Shown here in pieces: positions 47,071-63,070 of a stretch of DNA of 64,000 bases. The DNA lies in assembly GCF_009914755.1 (NCBI RefSeq), contig NC_060947.1; one strand, written 5' to 3'. Within the stretch, counting starts at the first letter, position 1; every line of letters begins with the position of its first letter. Made by a program: the position numbers and the translations under genes. The notes under the pieces are model-generated. The model was not told where the DNA came from. It ran no database searches and was given only the letters and a program-made list of their open reading frames with translations. This stretch comes from the human T2T-CHM13v2.0 reference genome, Homo sapiens.

Positions 47071-50000
47071 TCTTTTTATTATTTTGATTAATTTATTTTT
47101 TATTTCAATAGGTTTTAGGGAACAAGGAGTGTTTAGTCACATGGATAAGCACTGTAGTGGTTATTTCTGAGATTGTGGGAACCAATCACGCAAACAATAT
47201 ACACTGAACCCAATGTGTAGTCTCTTATTCCTCACCCCCGGCCACACTTTCCCCCAAGTCCCCAAAGCCCATGGTATTATTCTTATGCCTTTGCGCCCTC
47301 ATAGCTTAGCTCCCACTTATGTGAGAACATAAAAAGTTTGGTTTTTCATTCCTGAGTTACTTCACTTAGAATAATTGTCTGCAACTCCATCCAGGTTGCT
47401 ATGAATGCCATTGTTTTACTTCTTTTTATGGCTGAGTATTATTCCATGGCATATATGTACATTTTTTATCCACTCATTGATTGGTGGCCATTTGGGCTGG
47501 TTCCATTTTCTTGCAATTGTGAATTGTGCTGCTGTAAACATGCATGTGCAAGTGTCTTTTTTGTATAGTTAATTCTTTTCCTCTGCATAGATAGCCAGTA
47601 GTGGAATTGCTAGATCAAAGGATAGATCTACTTTTAGTTCTTTAAGGAATCTTCATACTGTTTTGCATAATGATTGTACTAGTTTGCATTCCCACTAGCA
47701 GTGTATAAGAGTTCATTTTCACCATATCCACAGCAATATCTATTATTTAAAAATTTTTAATTATGGCCATTCTTGCAGGAGTAATTGGTGTCACATTGTG
47801 GTTTTGATTTGCATTTCCCTGGTAATTAGTGGTGTTGAGCATTTTTAAATATGTTTGTTGGCCATTTGTATATCTTCTTTTCAAAATTGTCTATTCAGGT
47901 CCTTACCCCACATTTTGATGGGATTGTTGCGATTTTTTTGTGGATTTTTTTGAGTTCGTTGTAGATTCTGGATATTAGTCCTATGTCAGATGCGTAGTTC
48001 ATGAATATTTTTCTCCCACTGTGTGGGTTGTCTCTTTACCCTGCTGATTATTTCTTTTGTTGTGCAGAAGCTTTTTAGTTTAATTAAGTCCTATCTATTT
48101 ATCTTTGTTTTTGTTGCATTTGCTTTTGTGTTCTTGGTCATGAAGTCTTTGCTTAAGCCAATATTGAGAAGGGTTTTTCCAATGTTATCTTCTAGAATTT
48201 TTATGGTTTCAGTTCTCAGATTTAAGTCCTCAATCCATCTTGAATTGATTTTTGTATAAGGTGAGAGATGAGGCTCCAGTTTCATTCTCCAACATGTGGC
48301 TTGCCCATTATCTCAGTACCATTTGTTGAATAGGATACATTCAACAAATATATAGATATTATATATATATAAATATATAGACAATAAAGTTCTTTTAAAA
48401 ACTTTATGTTTTTTGTTTGCTTTGTTGAAGATCCGTTGTTTGTAAGAATTTGGCTTTATGTCTGAGTTATTTATTGTGTTCCATTCATCTATGTGCCTAT
48501 TTTTTAACAGTACCATGTTGTTTTGGTGACTGTGGCCTCATAGTATAGTTTGAAGTCGGGTGACGTGATGCCTCCAGATTTTTTATTTTTAATTTTGCTT
48601 TGGCTATGTGGGCCCTTTTTATTGTTCCATATGAATTGCATTGAATTTGTAGATTGCTCTTGTCAGTATGATCATTTTTACAATATTGGTTCTACCCATC
48701 TGTAAGCATGGGATGTGTTTCCATTTGTTTGTTTCATCTATGATTTCTTTCAGCAGTGTTCCGTAGTTTTCCTTGTAGAGGTCTTTAAACTTCTTAGTTA
48801 GGCAAATGCCTAAAGATTTTATATTTTTTTTGCAGCTATTGTAAAAGGGGTTGAGATTTTAATTTGATTCTCAACCTGGTAGTTGTTGGTGTATAGCAGT
48901 GCTACTGATTTGTGTAATGCTACTGATTTTGTAACATGAAATTTTGCTGAATTTATTTTTCAGGTCTAGGAGCTTTTTGGGTGAATCTGTAGGGTTTTCT
49001 AGGTATACAGTCACATCATTGGCAAACAGTAACAGTCTGACTTCCTCTTTATGGATAAGGACACCCTTTCTTTCTCTTGTCTGATGGCTCTGGCTAAGAA
49101 TTCCACTACTATGTTGAATAGAATTGGTGAAAATGGGCATCCTTGTCTTGTTTCACTTCTCAGGGAGAATGCGTTCAACTACTCTTCATTCAGTATAATG
49201 TTGGCTGTGCGTTTGTCATAAATGGCTTTTTTTACCTTAAGTTATGTCCCTTCTATGCTGATTTTACTGAGGTTTTTAATCATAAAGAGGTGCTGATTCT
49301 GTCAAATGCTTTTTCTGCATCTGTCAAGATGATTATGTGATTTTTGTTTTTAATTCTGTTTATGTGGTGAATCACATTTATTGACTTGCTTATTTTAAAC
49401 CAACTCCGCCTCCCTGTTATGAAACCCACTTGAAGATGGTGGCTTATTTTTTTGATATGCTGTGGGGTTCGGTGAGGTAGTATTTTTTTTGAGAATTTTT
49501 ACATCTATGTTCATCAAGGATATTGGTCTGCAGTCTTCATTCTTTGTCATGTCCTTTCCTGGTTTTGGTATTAGGGTTATACTGGCTTCATAGAATGATT
49601 TAGGGAGGATTCCCTCTTTCTCTATCTTTTGGAGTAGCGTCAATAGTATTGGTACCAATTCTTCTTTGAATGTCTGATAGAATTCAGCTGTAAATCCGTC
49701 TGATTCTAGACGTTTTTTGTTGGTAATTTTTTATTACCACTTCAACATCACTGCTTGTTATTGGTCTGCTCTGAGTTTACATTTTTCCCTGGTTTAATCT
49801 AGGAAGGTAGTAGATTTTCAGGAATTTATCCATCTATCTTAGGTTTTCTAGTTTATGTGCATAAAGCTGTTCTTAGTAGCCTTAAATAATTTTTTGTATT
49901 TCTTTGGTATCGGTTGTAATAGCTCCCGTTTCACTTCAAATCGAGCTTATTTGGATCTTCTCTCTTCTTTTCTTGGTTTATCTTGCTAACGGTCGATCAA

Positions 50001-53000
50001 TTTTCTTTACTTTTTTAAAGAGCCAACACTTTGTTTTATTTACTCTTTGGGTTTTTTTTTTGTTTGTGTGTTTCAATTTCATTTAGTTCTGCTCTGATTT
50101 TTCTTACTTATTTTCTTCTGCTAGGTTTAGGTCTGCGTTGTTCTTGTTTCTTTAGTTCTTTGAAGTGTGAACTTAGATTGTCTATTTGTGCCCTTTTAGA
50201 CGTTTTGATGTTGGGATTTAATGCTATTCACTTCCCTCTTAGCACTGCTTTTGCTCTATTACAGAGGTTTTCATAGGTTAGGTTGTGTCACTATTATTGT
50301 TCATTTCAAAGAATTTTTAAATTTTCGTGTTGATTTCATTGTTGATACAATAATCATTCAGGAGCAGGTTATTTAATTTCAATATATATTCCTGGTTTTC
50401 AGGGTTTCTTTTGGAGTTGATTTCCAATTTCATTCCACTGTAGACTGAGAGAGTACTTGATATAGCTTGATTTTCTTAAATTTGAGACTTGTTTGTGGCC
50501 TATCATATAATCTAACTTAAAGAATGTTCCCTTTGTTGATGAACAGAATGAGTATTCTGCAGTTTTGGGGTAGAATGTTCTGTGAATATATGTTAAGTTT
50601 ATTTGTTCTAGGGTATAGCTGAAATCCATTTTTTGTTGTTGAATTTCTGTCTTGATTACCTGACTAGTGCTGTCAGTGTGACATTGAAATCCCCCACTTT
50701 ATTGTGTTGCCATTTATCTTGTTTCTTATGTCTAGAAGTAAGAGTTTATAAATTTGGAAACTCTAGAGTTAGGTGTGTATATAATTAGGATTGTAATATT
50801 TTCCTATTGGACTAGTCATTTTATCATTATATAATGTCCCTCTTTGTCTTTTCTAACTGTTGTTGCTTTAAAGTCTGTTTCGTCTGATATAAGTGTAACT
50901 ATTCCTGCCTGCTTTTCTTGTCTATTCGCATGGAATAATTATTTCCACTTCTTTACCTTAAGTTTTATGTGAGTTCTTATGTGTTTGGTTAGTCTCTTGA
51001 AGATGACAAATACTTGGTTGATGAATTCTTATCCATTCTGCCATTCTATATCTTTTAAGTGGAGCATTTAGGCCATTTACATTGAATGTTAGTATTGAGA
51101 TGTGAAATACTATTCTATAGACTGTGCTAGTTATTGCCATAATACTTTGGGTTTTTTATTGTCTTATAATTTTATAGGCCCTGTGAGATTTATGCTTTAA
51201 GGAAATTCTATTTTGGTGTATTTCCAGGTTTTGTTTCAACATTTAGAACTCCTTTTAGCATTTATTTTAGTCCTGGCTTGTAGGTGGTGAATTCTCTCCG
51301 CATTTGTTTGTCTGAAGAAGACTGTATCTTTCCTTCGTTTATGAAGCTTAGTTGTGCTGGGTACAAAATTCTTGGCTAATAATTGTTTTCTTTAAGGAGG
51401 CTGAAGATAGAACCCCAAACTCTTCTATCTTGAAGGGTTTCTGCTGATAAATCTGCTGTTAATGTGATAGGCTTTCCTTTTAGGTTACCTGATGCATTTG
51501 CCTCACAGGTCTTAAGATTGTTTCCTTCATATTGACTTTAGATAATCTGATGAATACGTGCCTAAGTGACGATCTTTTTGTGATGAATTTTCCAGGTGTC
51601 CTTTGAGTTTCTTGTATTTGGATGTCTAGATGTCTAGCAAGGCCAGGACATTTTTCCTTGATTATTCCCTCAAATATGTTTTTGAAACACTTAGATTTCT
51701 CTTCTTCCTCAGGAACACATTTATTCTTAGGTTTGGTTGTTCAAAATAATCCCAAACTTCTTTGATGCTTTGCACATTATTTTGATTCTTTTTTCTTTGT
51801 CTTTGTTTGATTAGGTTAATTTGAAAGCCTTGTCTGAGCCCTGAGTTCTTTCTTCCACTTTTTTGGTTCTATTGCTGAAAGTTTTCAGGTTTTTTTTTGT
51901 TTCTTTCTTTTTTTTTTTTTTTTTTTTTTTTTTTTGCATTTCTCTAAGTGTGTCATTCATTTCCAGAAGTTGTGATTGTTTTTTACTTATGCTATTTCTG
52001 TGCAGATTTTTTTTGTTTGCATCTCATATTATTTTTTAAATTTCTCTAAGTTGACTTTCACCTTTCTCTGGTGCCTCCTTGAGATGCTTAATAATCAAAT
52101 TTCTGATTTTTTTTGGCAATTTAGAGATTTCTTTTTAATTTTGATCCATTTCTGGTGAACTAGTCGGCTTTTGGGGGGTGAAGAACCTTGCTTTGTTATA
52201 TACCAGAATTGTTTTTCTGTGTTTTTTTTTTTCTCCTATTTGGATAGACTATGTCAGAGGAAAGGTCTAGGTCTCAAGGGCTGCTGTTCAGGTTCTTTGG
52301 TCTCAGAGGGTGTTCCCTTGATGTGGTGCTCTCCCCCTTGCCCTAAGGATGGGCTTTCTCACAGCTGGACTGCAGTTATTGTTACTGCTTTTCTGGGTCT
52401 AGCCACCCTATGGGGTTATCGGGCTCTAGGCTGGTACTGGGGAGTGTCTGCAAAGAGTCCTGTGATGTGATCCATCTTCAGGTTTCTCAGCTGTGGATAC
52501 CAACATCTGCTCCAGTGGAGGTAGCAGGGAGAGAAGTCGACTCTGTGTGGGTCCTTTGTTGCTTTTTTTTTTTTTTTTTTTTTTTTTTGGTGCACTGGTT
52601 TTCTTAAATGCTGGTTGTGGTAGCAGGAAGTTGTCATGTGGACAGACTGAGGACCTCTGGTTCTCCAGGATATTAGCTGTTGTTTTCTTTTTTCTTGGAG
52701 TGGTATTTTTATTTTATAAAAATAATGTTACTGTAATGACTTCAGTTGGTTGGCCACCAGCCAGGAGGTGGTTCTTTCAAGAGAGCATCAGCTGTGGTAG
52801 TATAGAGGGGATACAAGTTTCCCTAAGGTCATCTGCATAAGTATTCGAGTTTCTCAGGCAATGGGTTACCAATTGGCTGTAGAGCTCCCAAGAGATTATA
52901 TCTTTTGTCTTCAGCTACCAGGGTGGGGAAATAAGAAACATCAGGTGAGGGCAGGGTTTGGAGTGTCTGAGCTCGGCCTCTCTTTGGGCAGGGCTTGATG

Positions 53001-53856
53001 CAATCACTGTGGGGGATGGGGGTGTGGTTCTCAAGCCAATAGAGTTAGGTTGCCAGGGGGATTATGGCTGCCTGTGCTGCATTATACAGATCACCAAGGA
53101 AGTGGGGGAAAGCCTGCAGTGACAAACCTCACCCAGCTCCCACGCATCCAGCAAGGCCAGTCTCACTCCCACTGTGCCCTACCAACAGCATCGAGTTCAT
53201 ATCCAGGCAGACAGCGAGCAGGGCAGAGATCTTGCACCAAGCTGCAAGCCTCCTTGCAGAGAAAGCAAGGAGGGCTTTCAGAGTTCACCATTTCCTGCTT
53301 GCCATGTCTTCTTTGCTGGTATCTGTACTCCCTTTTCACCCTCTACTTTCAGATTCTGCTCTGGACAATTCATGCTCATTTGAAATTATTAAAAAGTTCA
53401 GCTGGAAGTTTTCTTCTCCCTGTGGTCCCTCCCCAATTTCACTGGCAGCCCTCCCTAAGTACCCCATGAGATAAAATCAGAAATACCTTCCCTGGGGACC
53501 CAGAGTTCCTACAGGGCTCTTACCACTGCTTTTTTTACTTTTATATTTCACTTGGCTCTCTAGGTAAGGTTAATCCTTTCCCAGGATCTGGGTTTTCAGG
53601 TTCCCCATTGAAGATGTGTGTTCAGAAATGGACTTTTCTTCTCTCACATTTTAAGCACTCACAGTTTTTTGGCTGTCTTATTGAGTTTGCAGTGGCAACT
53701 CACTTCTTTTAAAGGGTTTGTTAATCCCTTCAGTTTTCCTGGTATGTTCTGTGGTAATTCTTGGACAAAAGTTCATGACGTGAGTCTCCACATGCTTTTC
53801 TGTCTATCAAGTGGGAGCTGCAAGTAAGTCCTGCCCTCTATCCACCATTTTTTTTC
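47071..53856 (-). mobile_element. Full-length decayed L1PB2/3-like L1
   Basis: L1PB 3'UTR, ORF2, ORF1 and 5'UTR ending GGGAGCTGCAAGTAAGTCCTGCCCTCTATCCACCAT. Confidence 0.85.
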
Positions 53857-54214
53857 CATATGTACAGATTCCATTTTAATAGTTTTTAGAATTTCTCTTT
53901 GTACAGATTTCTAGTTTTATTCCACTGTAGTTCAAGGAGATACTTGATGTAAATTAATTTTCTTTGTGCTCTAAAGTATGGTCTATTTTGGAGGATGTTC
54001 CACATACAGATAAGAGGGATGCATACTCTGTAACTGTTGGGTAGAATGTTCTCTAAATATCTATTAATCAATTTGGTTTAGAGTGCCATTTAAGTTCATA
54101 GTTTTCTTGTTTATTTTCTACTTTGATCAGCTCCCTGGTGCTGTCAGTGGGGTGTTTAAATCCGCCACTATTATTGTATTGTATTATGAAATATATAGTT
54201 TCTTTTTTTGATTA

Positions 54215-54447
54215 TCCTTTTAATTTTTTTAACTTTTATTTTAAGTTCAGGGGTACATGTGCAGGTTTGTGGCATATGGAAAATTCATACAACAGGGGTT
54301 TGTTGTACAGATTATTTTGTCACTCAGGTATTAAGCCTAGTATGCATTAATTATTTTTTCATGATCCTCTCCCTCCTTCCACCCTCCACCCCCCAGTAGT
54401 AGGCCTCAGTGTGTGTTGTTCCCCTCTATGAGTCCATGTGTTCTCAA
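54215..54447 (-). mobile_element. L1PA13-16-like 3' end
   Basis: GGGGTTTGTTGTACAGATTATTTTGTCACTCAGGTATTAAGCCTAGTA. Confidence 0.78.
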
Positions 54448-56578
<2,131 letters not shown>

Positions 56579-56589
56579 CTAGTAGTACA

Positions 56590-56825
56590 CACAACCTTGT
56601 GGGCACCTGTTATTTTTTGACTTTTTAATATTAGCAATTTTGACTGGTGTGAGATGGTATCTTATTGTGGTTTTGATTTGCATTTCTTTAATAATCGGTG
56701 ATCTTGCACTTTCTTTCATATGCTGGTTGGCCACATATATGTCTTCTTTTGAAAAGTGTCTGTTCATGTCCTTGACCACTTTTTCATGTTTTGGTTTTTT
56801 TTCTTGTAGAGTTGTTTAGGTTTCT
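56590..56825 (-). mobile_element. Older L1P ORF2 3' fragment
   Basis: ORF 56579-56779 gives [11 protein letters not shown]...RYHLTPV. Confidence 0.7.
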
Positions 56826-56826
56826 T

Positions 56827-58455
<1,629 letters not shown>

Positions 58456-59318
58456 GAGCTGTGCAAGGTGGACTCCCAGCCAATAGATGACACTTGCAGG
58501 TGAAAGCCAGCTCTGGTGGTAGCAGTAGAATTTATGCTTCACCTCTGTTGACTAGAGAAAGTACTCATATATCTCATCAATGGGTGGAGCCATGGAACTC
58601 TCAAAGGTACCTCTCCCATGTTCTACAACTGAGAAAGGTGGGAGGGGAAAAGCTGGGGAGGCATAAGTCAGACAAGGCTATGTTCAGGCTGTCCAATGGT
58701 GGATGTGAGAGGAAGTCTAACAGGGTTGAAAGTCAGTTCCCTTGCCCCTTAGGCAATGTTGCAGGAAGGAGTAGAACCACCTTTGCCACTCAAAAGGGCC
58801 CACATGGGAAAGAGAGGATAACTCAGGCTCCACAGCCCAGGAAGTGTTAGTAAGAGGCACCAAGCTACCACACCCTTGACCCAGTGGTCTACCAGTAGCA
58901 GCAAGCTGAAACAGCTAGCTGGATTCCAAGTATTCTCTGCTCAGATTGCAAAATTGCCCCAGGCCACAATTCTCCCTTTCCTGAGAAAGAAACCATGGCT
59001 CTCAGGTCACAACTCTAGCGGTCCAGGCCCACAAATAGGGAGTGCTCAATTCCTGCATCTACTGCAACAGCCCACTCCCTGCTAACCTCCTAGTTCTCAT
59101 TATGGGGGTTTATCCCCCCTGTAAATTAGATCATAAACCTCAGTTGAGGGCCTCCTTCAACTTGTGACCAATGTATGTGTTGGCTGGCAGATTTCTGTGA
59201 GATTTCCTATGAATTAGGGTCAAAAATGGTTTCCTTCTATTGGTGCAAATGTCTGGGAGTACACACAAAACATTCCCCAATGCCACTGTTTCTCACGGAC
59301 TCTTCTCTGAAAGGTTCT
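58456..59318 (-). mobile_element. Old L1 5'UTR-like fragment (L1M1/L1PB-type)
   Basis: GC-richer sequence resembling L1PB/L1MA 5'UTRs (CTCAGATTGCAAAATTGCCCCAGGCCAC). Confidence 0.55.
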
Positions 59319-59754
59319 TGTATTGGTTCAAACCCTGACAGCACACCAACAGACAACATGAGGCAGTGTGGAGCAACACTCTATTTTAATGAGTGCCTGG
59401 GTGCAGGCAGGCTGAGGCCTAAAATGGCGTCAGCCCCAAGTGAGGATGGGGCAGAGATTTTATAGTCTCCTGTAAACAGGAAGTGTCCCAGTCTGACGGA
59501 ACTGCTACGTGGTAACCAGATGGCCTCTTTCTCGATCTTCAGGGGTATGTATCTTCTGGCCAGGGTAGCTGTCTTCCGGCTAGGGCAGGTGTCTTCCAGC
59601 CAGGGTGGGTGTCTTCCAGCTGGCTCTCTTCCTGTTTCTGCTATCTTGCTGATGCACACTGCTGGCCCAAGTGGCCTTGCGCCTTGGGACTGGACCTGAT
59701 AAGGGAACAGTTACTCATCCCTTCAAGCTTTCAGGCCCCAGGGAGAATCTTTCA
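59319..59754 (-). mobile_element. 3' LTR of a HERV-H/F-class provirus (MER48-like)
   Basis: TGAAAG...AATACA termini; TATAAAA near 59460; ATTAAA at 59385-59390; preceded by AGACAGGAA, a HERV-H-like PPT. Confidence 0.8.
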
Positions 59755-59905
59755 TTCCTGTCTATTTGGTTATAGAAAAAAGGGGAAAGGGGCAACTTTC
59801 TCAGTAACTACTTCAGACGTGATGTATGGGGTGGCGTGGGCACTTTGGAAAAAGAAAACCTTAATTTTGGGGGTATTCTTGAAAGATGGGTTGGTATCCA
59901 TAGTG

Positions 59906-60146
59906 TCATAGCAGGAGCATTGTCTGGATTGTCTGGTGGCTAACTGTAGTTTCAACAAGAGTTTTAATGGCTTTTATTATTAGTGGGATAACACAGAGGA
60001 GAAACAGGAGGAGCCCAATGATAAAGATTACTGTCCCTACCAGCGCTTTAAATCCTCCTGAATTAGAGAACCACCCTCCTAGAGGGTTTACTAGGTCCCA
60101 TCCTTTCCAGGTTTGAACTGGTACATGGGCTACTTTTCTGATGTTT
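59906..60146 (-). pseudogene. env remnant: TM C-terminus with membrane anchor
   Basis: NIRKVAHVPVQTWKGWD...GGWFS...LVGTVIFIIGLLLFLLCVIPLII. Confidence 0.85.
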
Positions 60147-63070
60147 GAGATGCCTTGGGTAATTTGGCTGTTGAAGACGGGCCCGTTATTGGACTGGATG
60201 GATGTTACAAGTCTGAAACGGGGAATTACATGCATGATGAGAGTTTGTGTGATGATATTTACACCTTCTGAAATTGTTGGGAATGCTTCTACCCACCTGG
60301 AGAAAGTACAGACAAAGACTAGAAGATAGCGGAGCCATTTATCAGTTGGCATGTGAGTGAAGTCTACTTGCCAATCTTGCCTGGGTATTTGGCCCCAGGC
60401 TTGGTGGATAGGAAAAGGCAGTGGCCAGAGGGATCCCTGGGGTGACACTGAGTGGGAGATACAGCAGGACTGGGTGATCTCTCAAACACAGCTGGAAAGG
60501 TGAGGACAAGTGAGAATAGAGCAGAGAAGTTGCAAGAGAGGTTTGTAACTGACATGGAAAGGGTTGTGGAGGCTTTGGAGGATAGAAATTGTTTGAGAGT
60601 GAGAAAGAATGAAGCGCCCTTCCTTGACATACCATGGTCCTTGCTTTTGGAGGTTCTGGGCCTGGAAGTCCTCCTTTTCTTCTGAGGAGTAAAGAGGAGA
60701 GAACAAGGACAGGGACAGAAACTCACCTTGCACAGGTTGTAGGGCTACTTGTTTGGCTACCTCATCTGCTAAAGCATTTCTGGCTGATATAGGATTGGCT
60801 GGGGTTTGGTGACCCCTGCAATGAATGATGGCAACTTTCTGCAGGAGTCTGGCAGCTTGAAGGAGTTTGCTGATGAGAAAGCCATTTATGACAGGAGTGT
60901 TTTTTGGAGTTAGGAAACCCCATTCTTTCCAGAGAGACGAGTGTGAATGTACTATATGGAATGCATAACAAGAATCCGAATATATGTTAATTTGTTGTCC
61001 AGCTGCTAGAGTGAGAGCTCGAGTGAGAACAATGAGTTCAGCTTTTTGGGGTTGTGCCTACAGGGAGTAGATTGGCTTCAAGAGTGTTGGTGGGGGGGGT
61101 GGTGACACTATAGCATAGCCAGCATGTCAGCGCTCTTGGTGTAGGAAGGAACTGCTGTCCACAAACCAAGTAAAGGAAGCATCTGGAAGGGGGTGGTCTG
61201 TTGTGTTTGGAAAGGTTTGAACAGTGTCCACGAAGAAGTGTGCAGGGTCTTGAGAGGTAGAAGCTTCAGGTAAGAGCATGGCCAGGTTTAGATGAGCTGG
61301 TTAGCATGGTGATATGGGGAGTTTCTATGAATACAGCATATAGTTGGAGAAGCTGTGGGGCAGAGATAAGATGTAGTACACAGCGGTGAGCTAACATGTC
61401 TTCGATGTTATGGGTTGAATAAACTGTTAGGTTGGCAAGAAGAGATAGTTTTAGGCTTTCAAGTTTGAGGACAGCAGCTGCTGCCAATACTCAGAGACAG
61501 GCAGGCCATCTGAGAACTGTGGCTTCAAGCTGTTTAGAGACATAGACAACAATCTGGAGGGTGGGTCCCTTAGACTGGCTTAGAACACCTACTGCAACTC
61601 CATGCTGTTCATTGGTATAGAGGAATAAAGGTTTGGTAAGGTCTGGAAGAGTGAGGATTGGGGCTGAGATGAGAGCCTTTCGGAGTAGATGGAAAGGTTG
61701 GATAATAGTCTGTGCAGGGTTTAAAGGCTCGTGGAGAGGACCTTCAGCAGCTTGGTATAACGATTTGGCAAGTAGAGTGAAGGAGGGAACCCAGGGCCTA
61801 AAATATCCCTCTAGTCCTAGAAAAGAGAGAATTTCTTACTTAGTTTGCAGAGGTGGGAGGGACTGGAGGAGGGATATGCAGTCGGTTGTAAGCCCTTGGG
61901 TTTGCAGGGTAAGGGCTAGGCCTAGGTAGGTAACTGAGGGGGTGCATATTAGTGTTTTTCTAGGGGAGAATCAACACCGCATTCTGCCAGGAAGTATAAA
62001 AGAGAGATAGTACAGGAGTTCCAGTATTTTGAGAGGGACTACACAGGAGCAGATCATCAACATATTGAATAAGAGTGGACGGTTTTAGGGATAAGGCACA
62101 GAAGTCATGAGCAAAGGCCTGTCCAAAAAGGTGAGGGCTGTCTCTGAAACCTTGAGGTAGTATGCACCAAGTGAGCTGGTGTGAAAAGTGGGTGTTGGGG
62201 TCTTCCCACATAAAGGCAAAGAGGTCTTGAGAATCAGGATGTGAAGAAATTATGAAAAAGGCATCTTTTAGGTCTAGGACAGAAAAATGGGTAGTATTGG
62301 AGGGAGTCTTGGAAAGTAAAGTGTATGGGTTAGGAACTACTGGACATACTGGGAGTACAGCTTGGTTAATGAGCCTGAGGTCCTAGACTAAGTGATGTTA
62401 CATCTGGCTTTTTAAGAGGTAGAATTGGTGTGTTAAAATGGGAGTTTGTTGGGCAGAGTAGGTGACTGGCGGGGAGGTGAGAAATGATAGGCTTTAGGCC
62501 TATGAGAGCTGCTTGGGGGATTGGATACTGCTCCTGTGATAGGAACTGGGTGGGGTTTTTAAGGGGGTGAGGACAGGGATGTGGTGTTTTGTTATTAGGG
62601 TGTGGAAGTATCCCAAACAGTGGGGTTAACTATGGATGGGGGATAAGGAAAGGTTGCATGTTTTAGGGTGGGAGGTCGAAGGAGTAGAAGAAAACTGGAA
62701 GTTCCAGAGGGGTCTGTGTGGATGCATTGGGTACTATGGGGAATGTGGAAATGGAGAGTAGACTGGAGTTTTGAAAGGATGTCTCTACCTAGGAGAGGAG
62801 TTGGGCATGAGGGCAGGAGTAAGAAAGAGTAAGTGAAGGAAAAGATGCAAAAGGAGCAGAAGAGTGGAGGGGTGGCTTGGGGTTTGGAGACTTGTCCATC
62901 AATTCCCACAACAGAGACTTGGGAAGACTGGGTCCTGAAAAATTAGGTAAAGCAGAGTAGGTCACCCCAGTATCAATTAAAAAACATACTGGCCTACTTG
63001 CTACCATCAGGGTTACCCTTGGCTTGGATGAAGCAATGGTAGTTGCCAGGGTGTCTGCTCTAGGGCACCA
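60147..63070 (-). pseudogene. pro-pol (protease, RT, RNase H, truncated integrase), frameshifted
   Basis: FLIDTGVTYS, LPQGFRDSP, YVDDLLL, WFVD (RNase H), DWQVDFTHMP. Confidence 0.92.
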
